64,000 nt of DNA from Spirochaetia bacterium (GTDB lineage: Bacteria; Spirochaetota; Spirochaetia; SZUA-6; Fen-1364): contig JBEKQU010000008.1 of assembly GCA_049519415.1 (NCBI GenBank), positions 24,516 through 88,515 on the forward strand, read 5' to 3'. The position numbers were made by a program, and so were the translations under genes. Each line of letters starts with the position of its first letter. Position 1 is the stretch's first letter. The notes below the pieces were generated by a model, which was not told where the DNA came from, did not search any database, and worked only from the letters and a program-made list of their open reading frames with translations. Of this stretch, positions 56,976 through 64,000 are shown piece by piece.

Positions 56976-58073
56976 ATGATCTATCGGCCCTATGGAAAAA
57001 CGGGAAAGAAGGTTTCCCTCCTCGGATTCGGCGGCATGCGGTTCGGAGCCATCGACGATCGCGACGCGTGCGTGCGCATGATGGTGCGGGCGGCGAAGGC
57101 GGGCGTCACCTACTTCGACACGGCGCCCGACTACTTCGGCGTGAAGAGCGAAGCCGTCTTTGGTCACGGGTTCCGCGAGCTCTCCCGGCAAGGCCTTCCC
57201 TTCTTCTGCGCCACCAAGACCTTTCAATCCACGGAAAAAGGCATCCGCAGGGAAGTGGAGGCCCAGCTGAAACGGCTCGGCCGCGATGCCATCGACTTCT
57301 ACCACGTGTGGTGCATCACCAGCCTGGAGGAGTGGCGCAACAGGAAAAAGGACGGCGTGACAGCCGCCTTCAGGCGGTTGAAGGAGGAGGGGCTCGTTCG
57401 GCACATCTGCGTTTCCAGCCACCTCATCGGAGAGGAGATTAGAGAGCTTCTCATGGAGGGCGTGTTCGAGGGCGTGCTCTTCGGCTACTCGGCGTACAAC
57501 TTCCACGTGCGCGAAAAGGCGTTCGAAGCCATCGCCGCGCACAACCTTGGATGCGTCGTCATGAATCCCCTGGGCGGAGGCATCATCCCGCAGAACCAAT
57601 CCCTCTTCGGGTTCCTTCGGGCCCGGCAGAACGAAACGGTGATCCAGGCCGCGCTGAGGTTCCTTTTTTCCCATACGCATATCAGCGTCGTGCTGGTGGG
57701 TTTCTCCCGGGCGGAGGAGATCGACGAGGCAGTGGCCGCGATGGAAGGCTTCACGCCTGTTTCCCCGGCTGAGATTGCCCGGATCAAGGCCAGGCTGGGC
57801 GATTCGTTCACGGACTTGTGCACCGGCTGCCAGTACTGCGACAGCTGCCCCGAAGCGATCCCCATCCCCAAGCTCATGGAGGCATGGAACCACGGGAAGC
57901 TGTACGGCAAAAGCACGGCCATCACAGACCGGCTGAGCTGGCACTGGAGCATCGCGCCCTCCGAGGCGGGACGATGCACGGAATGCGGCCAGTGTGAGAA
58001 GCTCTGCACCCAGCACCTGCCCATCATCTCCCGGATGGCTGAGATCGCCGGCCTTGGGTCCGGGAAGAAATAG
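56976..58073 (+). CDS. Aldo/keto reductase with C-terminal 4Fe-4S dicluster domain
   Basis: GFGGMR, FDTAPDY, ATK; CTGCQYCDSCP and CTECGQCEKLC. Confidence 0.9.
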   Translation: MIYRPYGKTGKKVSLLGFGGMRFGAIDDRDACVRMMVRAAKAGVTYFDTAPDYFGVKSEAVFGHGFRELSRQGLPFFCATKTFQSTEKGIRREVEAQLKRLGRDAIDFYHVWCITSLEEWRNRKKDGVTAAFRRLKEEGLVRHICVSSHLIGEEIRELLMEGVFEGVLFGYSAYNFHVREKAFEAIAAHNLGCVVMNPLGGGIIPQNQSLFGFLRARQNETVIQAALRFLFSHTHISVVLVGFSRAEEIDEAVAAMEGFTPVSPAEIARIKARLGDSFTDLCTGCQYCDSCPEAIPIPKLMEAWNHGKLYGKSTAITDRLSWHWSIAPSEAGRCTECGQCEKLCTQHLPIISRMAEIAGLGSGKK

Positions 58074-58088
58074 CCGAGGAGGGCCGCC

Positions 58089-58562
58089 ATGCAGTGGTTG
58101 AGAAAAAGCCGTGATGAAGACCCCGCCGAGTTCTGGCGCCAGACCGCGGAAAAGCGCGGCGGAGCAATCGGCTTTCTCACGTATGCCTCGCTGATGGGAA
58201 GGTCCAGCGACCAGGTCCTCGACCTGCCCGGCTTGCTGTACACGGTCGGAGACACGATCTGGTTCGAGGATTTCGAGCGCGACAACTGGCTCTCTCGGCT
58301 CATCTCCAGCAGGAAGCAGTTCGAAAAAACGGAGCTCTCCTTTGAGAAGACCGCGGTCCGCTATACCCGGCTGGTGTCGCGCTCCGCGGCCGCGCGCTGC
58401 ATTATCGGCGCCCTTTCCGCGGAAAAACTTTCATCAGTGACGTTTCTTGGCCGGTTCATTTCCACTCCCATCGCGCAGGTGGCCCTGACGGACGATTCAT
58501 CGCTGTTCTTCGATGTCATGCGAAGAAAGGAGTTTCTCGCGCTGTTCGCAAAGGAGAAATGA
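58089..58562 (+). CDS. Hypothetical protein
   Basis: RBS GAGGAGG, 157-aa ORF at the end of the operon; no family recognised. Confidence 0.7.
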   Translation: MQWLRKSRDEDPAEFWRQTAEKRGGAIGFLTYASLMGRSSDQVLDLPGLLYTVGDTIWFEDFERDNWLSRLISSRKQFEKTELSFEKTAVRYTRLVSRSAAARCIIGALSAEKLSSVTFLGRFISTPIAQVALTDDSSLFFDVMRRKEFLALFAKEK

Positions 58563-58565
58563 AAC

Positions 58566-58589
58566 GGGCGGGCGCTCCGGGGCCCGCCC
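58566..58589. terminator. GC-rich hairpin between convergent genes
   Basis: GGGCGGGC-N8-GCCCGCCC; T-rich tail on the minus strand. Confidence 0.55.
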
Positions 58590-58626
58590 CTCGATCACAT
58601 TCCCCTGCCAAGGCCGCGGCTTTCTT

Positions 58627-59730
58627 TCAGCGCGCCCGCGCCGCTTCTGACGCGATGATCTCCGCCACCTTGGTGTCAAACGCATCCCCCATGCCGGCAG
58701 CCGCGAGCCGCTTCTGCTCCGTCTCTATATAGGCCGCACGTTTCCGCGTGAGCTGGCCAAGGGTCTTGTTCAGGCCGTCCCTTTTCTGCTTGAGCTTTGA
58801 GACATACGCGGTCCTTTCCGCGGGCGTCATCTTCTGCATCTCGGAGGGAAGCTGCTCGGCTGCGACGCGTGAAACGTCAACAGTGCCTTCGACGGAATCA
58901 GCCACCAGGTCTCCGGCTCCCTGGATGGCCTTGCCGCCCGTGGCCAGGTTGTACGTTGCCCTGTCCGCGGCGACAGAGACGGGCGCTGCCGCTGCCTTGG
59001 CGACCTTGCCCTTGGCTTCCTCCTGGCGCTCCCTGTCGCCATACGCGATCACCGTATCGCCGAGGGCTTCGCTCGTCCTGGCTATCTCGTCGTCGTACGG
59101 CGTGGACATGACGGTCATGTTGCCCGATTGCGCCAGGGCCACATATGCGCCTTCCGACAGCCGCGCTATCTCCCTCCACACCGCGGTTGTATCAGGCACG
59201 TCCCCGCATTGCACCGTGTTGATGATCAGATTGCGCTTCACCGCCTCCCGGCACGTCACCGGGTACTTCACGTCGTTGCAGTAGTCCATGTGCGGGGGAT
59301 AATCGCCGACAAGGAAGATGATCTTCAGGATGCTCGCGTCCGGCGTCCACGACATGAGGGTGACCGCCTCATTGAGCGCCTGGTTCACGCTCTCCGGGTC
59401 GTCCCCTCCGCCATCGGCCGTGAACGTCTGCAGGTTCTTGAAAACAGCGTCAATGTCGCTGGTCAGATCGAAACGCTTCGTGACGTATTCGTCGCCCCGA
59501 TCGCGATACGTGAGCAGCCCGATCCGGACCTCCGGGGTCGGCTTTTGCGCTATGATGCTGTTGGCGATGGACCAGATCTTCTGCTTTGCCCCTTCGATCA
59601 GGCCCCCCATCGAACCCGTGGAATCCAGAACGAACGCCACCTCGACGCGCGGCTTTGCCGCGCCAAACCCGGCCGCGGCGGCAAGGAACATTCCAGCGGC
59701 CGCGGCCGCGCACAGGATTGATCGCTTCAT
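58627..59730 (-). CDS. Secreted vWA-domain protein
   Basis: Signal peptide; MIDAS motif FVLDSTGSM, GGGDDPE, LVGDYPPH; coiled-coil C-terminus. Confidence 0.85.
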   Translation of the reverse strand: MKRSILCAAAAAGMFLAAAAGFGAAKPRVEVAFVLDSTGSMGGLIEGAKQKIWSIANSIIAQKPTPEVRIGLLTYRDRGDEYVTKRFDLTSDIDAVFKNLQTFTADGGGDDPESVNQALNEAVTLMSWTPDASILKIIFLVGDYPPHMDYCNDVKYPVTCREAVKRNLIINTVQCGDVPDTTAVWREIARLSEGAYVALAQSGNMTVMSTPYDDEIARTSEALGDTVIAYGDRERQEEAKGKVAKAAAAPVSVAADRATYNLATGGKAIQGAGDLVADSVEGTVDVSRVAAEQLPSEMQKMTPAERTAYVSKLKQKRDGLNKTLGQLTRKRAAYIETEQKRLAAAGMGDAFDTKVAEIIASEAARAR

Positions 59731-59748
59731 GTCTCTCTCCTCCCCTTC

Positions 59749-62052
59749 CTATTCCCTGATGCTGAAAAGCGTGTCGTCGACGACGACATCGATATTTGCT
59801 CCCAGCGCGAACCATCGGGCCGCGCCGGGGTCCTTTTTCAATAGAGCGAAATACTCATCGCTTCCAAACCGGATCTGTTTCTGCTTCAGGGCCCCCTGCG
59901 CCTGGGCCGTGGAATCGGTCCAAATCACGCCGTTCTGGTAGAACGCCCGGCCGTTCACCACCCGCACCTGCTGCGCGTAGTTCTGCGCCTGGGCCGCGCG
60001 GTATCCTCCGGCGCCGACCGATGGCGAGGCCGGCTTTGAAAGCCCGGCGAACTGCGACGCCTGCTGCACGTTCGTGCCTGATTTCATGTCCTGCACCGCA
60101 ATGGAGTTTTCCACCGCCGAGGCTCCGGCCCGGCTGGCCTCTGATGACGCCTCCCGGCGCACCGAGTCCACCTTTTCCCGGGCGCGATCCACCGCGTCCT
60201 TGTCCTCCTCCATCTCCTGGAAGGAACGCAGCCTGACGGGCACGTCACGGCTGGCCTCGTCCTCCAGCACGAGGTACGCCGTATACGGGGTGACGATCCC
60301 GAATCTGCGCGCAAGGCTGATCACCTCGTCGCGCAGCTCGGCGGATTCTCCGTGCATGCGCATCTCATCCAGGAGCCAGCCGACGCGCCGGGTGGCCCAC
60401 ATTCGCGGGATGAAAGAATCAGCGGTCGTCCGCGCGGGGAAATCAACGTTCGCCGTGAACTCTTTCTGCTCTCCACCAAAGGTGCCCGTGATCTTCACCA
60501 GCGAAGAGCCGGATCCGGAATACCTTCCAAACACCACGAGCATGTCCCCGTTGAACAGGTCCGGCAGCGTGCCGGGAAGAAGCTGCGTGATGCGGATTCC
60601 AGGTGAGAAGCTGAGGGAGAGGTTTGAGAGAACAGGGTCGCGGATCTTGCAATAGAACCCGCTCACCTTCACCTCGATGTCCTCCTTGGGAAGCACGTAC
60701 TGGCTGGCTGCCCGGGTCTCAGATGCGATCCGATCAAGGAGGTGCGTGTTCACGTCATTGCCGATCCCGAAGGTGAATATCCGCGTCGCGCTTCCGCCCT
60801 CCGTAGCGAGGTTGACCAGCGCGTCCTCCCGTGACTCTCCGACCGTGGGAAGCCCGTCAGTGAGAAAAATCACGAGGTAGGGCCTTCCCGCTGCCGAGCG
60901 ATCCCGGCCGCGCAGCTTCAAGGCCGCCGAAAGAGCATCGCCGATGGCCGTGCCGCCCATGGGCGCAAGGCTGTCCACGAAATCGTCCGCCTGCGCGACA
61001 TGGCTCTTGTCGGCTGGTACCAGGCTGCCAAAAAACTGCTCAGCTTCCGTGGAGAACCGGATGATCTCGAACCGGTCGCTGGCGCCCAGATTGGCGAGGC
61101 AGAACCTGAGAGCTTTTTTGGCCTGGTCGAGCTTGGCCCCTGCCATGGAGCCCGAGGTGTCCAGAACAAAGCAGATGTCTTTCGATTGTATGTCGCCCAT
61201 TTCCGCGATGTTCCCCGGCGATGCCAGGAGCATGAAGCAGCCATCCTCGCCGGTCGCGCGGCTGCAGAGCACCTGGATTCCCACCGGCCTCGTGCTTCTG
61301 CTGAACATGACGGTGAAGTCCGTGTCGGGCCACACGTCCCTGCCCTCCCACCCGACAACCGCGCGTCGATCCCCGTCGCGCCGGATCTCCGCGGGGTGGG
61401 TGGGGCAGTAGACGCTCTTCAGCGGCTCCTTGCCGTCCAGCGTCACGGTGACGGAAACGTCCTTCAGCGCCGTGGAGCTGAACTTCTCCGTGTTGAGGGG
61501 ATACGTGTATGAGACCAGCCCCGCGTCGGGTTTCAGGAGCTGCGAATAGCTGAGCCTGATGCGCTTGCCGGCCCGGGGCTCAATGGGGTAGATCCTCAAC
61601 CGGAACGCTCCGCGGCCGGCGTATTCCAGGAGCGCGGGGTCCTTCATTTTTCGGACAATTTCTTCGTAGAAGGCGCGGGCCTTGTCCGCGGGAAGGAGCT
61701 CCGCATCCGTCATTTTCCCGCCGATGTCCATGGAAAACCGGTCGATCTGCGCACCCTCGGGGAGAGGGACCACGTACGTCCCTTCAAGACGGTCAGCGTT
61801 GGGATTGAAGAACTCCTCGTCCACCGTGGTCACCGCCATGTAATCGGTGACGGCCACGCTCACGTGGTGGTAGGTGACCTGCAGCGGCGCAAAGGAAAAA
61901 TGCCCCGGCACGGCCCGGGGCGGGTCCTCCACGACAATGAGGCCGTCCGCCCCGCAGATGGCCGGCAGGCTCACGCCGGCCATCAGGACCTCAACGATGA
62001 TGAGCCAGCGCCCTCTTGCAGCGCGCCCTAGAAATCGAAGTGCTTTTCGCAT
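59749..62052 (-). CDS. Exported VIT + vWA domain protein (inter-alpha-trypsin inhibitor heavy chain-like)
   Basis: VIT domain (FFNPN..LEGTY..PLP, KDPALLE), MIDAS DTSGSM, GGT, FLTDG, GIVTPYTAYLV. Confidence 0.88.
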   Translation of the reverse strand: MRKALRFLGRAARGRWLIIVEVLMAGVSLPAICGADGLIVVEDPPRAVPGHFSFAPLQVTYHHVSVAVTDYMAVTTVDEEFFNPNADRLEGTYVVPLPEGAQIDRFSMDIGGKMTDAELLPADKARAFYEEIVRKMKDPALLEYAGRGAFRLRIYPIEPRAGKRIRLSYSQLLKPDAGLVSYTYPLNTEKFSSTALKDVSVTVTLDGKEPLKSVYCPTHPAEIRRDGDRRAVVGWEGRDVWPDTDFTVMFSRSTRPVGIQVLCSRATGEDGCFMLLASPGNIAEMGDIQSKDICFVLDTSGSMAGAKLDQAKKALRFCLANLGASDRFEIIRFSTEAEQFFGSLVPADKSHVAQADDFVDSLAPMGGTAIGDALSAALKLRGRDRSAAGRPYLVIFLTDGLPTVGESREDALVNLATEGGSATRIFTFGIGNDVNTHLLDRIASETRAASQYVLPKEDIEVKVSGFYCKIRDPVLSNLSLSFSPGIRITQLLPGTLPDLFNGDMLVVFGRYSGSGSSLVKITGTFGGEQKEFTANVDFPARTTADSFIPRMWATRRVGWLLDEMRMHGESAELRDEVISLARRFGIVTPYTAYLVLEDEASRDVPVRLRSFQEMEEDKDAVDRAREKVDSVRREASSEASRAGASAVENSIAVQDMKSGTNVQQASQFAGLSKPASPSVGAGGYRAAQAQNYAQQVRVVNGRAFYQNGVIWTDSTAQAQGALKQKQIRFGSDEYFALLKKDPGAARWFALGANIDVVVDDTLFSIRE

Positions 62053-62146
62053 GTGCGCCTCCCTGTCCTATCGATGAACAGAGTATGGCGCGCTGCTGGA
62101 CAAGGGTTGTCAGGAAGCGGAAAAAGGTTTGTAAAAAAAACGTAAA

Positions 62147-62163
62147 GCCGGGCCCGGCCCGGC
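62147..62163 (-). terminator. Rho-independent terminator after abfA
   Basis: GCCGGGC-N3-GCCCGGC followed on the minus strand by TTTACGTTTTTTTT. Confidence 0.6.
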
Positions 62164-62170
62164 AATCCTT

Positions 62171-63658
62171 CTATCCCAGCGTGAAGGTGGATGCAACCAC
62201 GGAAAGCGGCGGGAGCTTCGCCGATGCCCGTCCCGCCCTGAGCGTGAACCCGTCAAAGGGACGGACGCCCACCAGGTCGGGCTGCTCAAAGCTGTTGGCC
62301 GCTTTCGGACCCGGACCCGTCAGGATCTGGGCGTCACGCACGCCGGATATCCGGCAATCCGATGGCTCGATCACAACGGGCGCCTGCTTGGCAATGCCGC
62401 GGTTCACCAGGAACACGGAGAGCTGGTCGCCGTTGAGGATCGCGCTGGCGTCAATGACGGGCACGTGCCCGTGCGTCTTGCTTGAGAAGGAGGGACCCTC
62501 CTGCTGTATCCGCAGAGAGACGCCCTCGCGCCGCTGGGAGTACATCTGGAAGGGATGGAAGATCGACTGCACCAGGAGCTTATCGCCGCTGGTGAGCAGA
62601 GGGGCGATCACGTTGACGATCTGCGCAAGGTTGGCGATCTTCACGCAATCGGCGTGCCTGAGGAAGCTGTTGAGGAAGCCGGCCACCACGAGTGAGTCCT
62701 GCAGGTCGTAGATCTCCTCAACCAGATGCGGCGCGAGCTTGCCCTGGCCGTCCATCTGCATGTTCTTGTACCACACGTTCCATTCGTCGAACGAGAGATA
62801 GGCGCGCTTGGCGCTCTTCCGCCTGGCCTGCACGTAACGGCACGCGGAGTCCATGTCCTCGATCTGCCGGTCGATTCCCTTGGTCACGGCAAGGTAATCC
62901 TCCGTGTCGTTCGTCCTGTCTCCCACGTACCGGTGGAGGCTGATGTAGTCCGCGTAATCCCCCATGTATTCCAGCACCTGCCTGTCCCATTCCATGTACG
63001 TGGGCGTGTCGATTCCGCAGCTTCCGCAGGCCACCAGCTCGATCGAGCGGTCGGTGTCCTTCATCATCTTGGCCGCCTGCTGAGCCCTGATGGCGTACTG
63101 GTCCGCGGGCACGTGCCCAAGCTGCCAGGGCCCGTCCATCTCATTGCCCAGGCACCACAGCCTCACGCGGTGCGGCTCCCTGCTTCCGTTCATCGCGCGC
63201 ATGTCGGCAAACCGCGTGCCCACCGGGGCGTTGCAGTACTCCACCCAGTTCCGCGCCTCCTCGGGCGTGCCGGTGCCTAGATTGACGGTAAGCATGGGGG
63301 TCCACCCCATCTTCCGGCACAATCGCATGAACTCGTCCGTGCCGAACCGGTTGGGCTCCACGCTCTGCCACGCCAGGTCCAGCGCCGTGGGACGCTGCTC
63401 AACGGGGCCGATGCCGTCCACCCATTTGTAGCCGGATGCAAAGTTGCCGCCCGGATAGCGGAGGGTCGTAAACCGGAGCCTGCGCATGGCTTCCAGCACA
63501 TCCGCGCGAAAGCCGTTCTCATCCGCGTGCCCGCTGCCCGGCTCGAACACGCCTTCATAGACCGCGCGGCCCATATGCTCCAGAAATCCGCCAAAAATCC
63601 GGGGATCGACGGGACCGACGTTGAAGCCCGTGTGAAGACGAATGTGGCTGGTGTCCAT
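62171..63658 (-). CDS. abfA: Alpha-L-arabinofuranosidase (GH51)
   Basis: FLEHMGR, RYPGGNF, WCLGNEMDGPWQ, ISLH, FDEWNVWY, NLAQIVN. Confidence 0.93.
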   Translation of the reverse strand: MDTSHIRLHTGFNVGPVDPRIFGGFLEHMGRAVYEGVFEPGSGHADENGFRADVLEAMRRLRFTTLRYPGGNFASGYKWVDGIGPVEQRPTALDLAWQSVEPNRFGTDEFMRLCRKMGWTPMLTVNLGTGTPEEARNWVEYCNAPVGTRFADMRAMNGSREPHRVRLWCLGNEMDGPWQLGHVPADQYAIRAQQAAKMMKDTDRSIELVACGSCGIDTPTYMEWDRQVLEYMGDYADYISLHRYVGDRTNDTEDYLAVTKGIDRQIEDMDSACRYVQARRKSAKRAYLSFDEWNVWYKNMQMDGQGKLAPHLVEEIYDLQDSLVVAGFLNSFLRHADCVKIANLAQIVNVIAPLLTSGDKLLVQSIFHPFQMYSQRREGVSLRIQQEGPSFSSKTHGHVPVIDASAILNGDQLSVFLVNRGIAKQAPVVIEPSDCRISGVRDAQILTGPGPKAANSFEQPDLVGVRPFDGFTLRAGRASAKLPPLSVVASTFTLG

Positions 63659-63724
63659 GAGCGCAGTAAACAGAAATAAACGCGGGATTGCAAGCATTCC
63701 GGTGTTCCCGCCCGCGATGTATGA

Positions 63725-64000
63725 TTATAGAGCCTGAGGTGCGGGTAGCATGCTATCTGCTGATGCTGCCTGGCCGAGATATCCGGCCTCTATCGGGGTC
63801 ACTGGCAGACAGTTCCATGATTGCTTCGGTTTTTGATAGAATTTGAGAGAATATGGATTGCTATTGATCGACTTATCGTGTATGATCTCCGCATAATGTT
63901 GCGAGCAGAAAGAGAGTTTAAGATTATCAACAAGCTCAGGGCCGAGCGTATCGTGCACCTTTCGGACCTCAGCACAGCGATAGGTGTGTCCGAGAACACC
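63725..64000 (-). CDS. 3' end of a low-GC hypothetical ORF running off the window
   Basis: Frame open from 64000 (GVLGHTYRCAEVRKVHDTLG...) to TAA at 63725; visibly AT-richer sequence. Confidence 0.4.
   Translation of the reverse strand, partial: GVLGHTYRCAEVRKVHDTLGPELVDNLKLSFCSQHYAEIIHDKSINSNPYSLKFYQKPKQSWNCLPVTPIEAGYLGQAASADSMLPAPQAL

Noticed and set aside
1-64000. CRISPR arrays, tRNA/rRNA, riboswitches, IS elements, integrases
   Set aside because: None seen. Intergenic regions are short, with no repeat-spacer pattern, cloverleaf or transposase motif. A covariance-model search would be needed to exclude small RNAs.

Overview
High-GC (roughly 65%) bacterial chromosomal window, densely coding, with about 55 CDS. 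I found no rRNA, tRNA, CRISPR array or transposase. Gene content (fused PyrBI, ackA, CUT2 sugar ABC systems, many carbohydrate enzymes) suggests an anaerobic saccharolytic organism, possibly a spirochaete; this is inference only. Contents in order: ackA end, ispH, pyrimidine genes, GH13 and gapN, a bacterial XPB helicase with a p52-like partner, vapBC, an adenylate-cyclase/STAND/TPR protein coupled to a small secreted protein, a GH4/PaaK-like/PepE/methyltransferase cluster, transporters and regulators, a large L-arabinose locus, a VIT-vWA/vWA pair and a GH51 arabinofuranosidase. Five things stand out. (1) A candidate receptor/cognate-ligand pair (cyclase-STAND-TPR plus secreted protein) whose TPR end and partner share a low-GC block. 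(2) A readable sigma54 circuit (consensus -24/-12 promoter plus three TGT-N12-ACA sites) for a ChvE-type transporter, next to a kinase, an NtrC-type activator and an orphan sugar-binding protein. (3) About a dozen genes with a -10 box 6-8 nt before the ATG, implying leaderless mRNAs. (4) A TFIIH-like XPB/p52 module. (5) Two deletion scars. All family assignments come from motif recognition by eye, not database searches.
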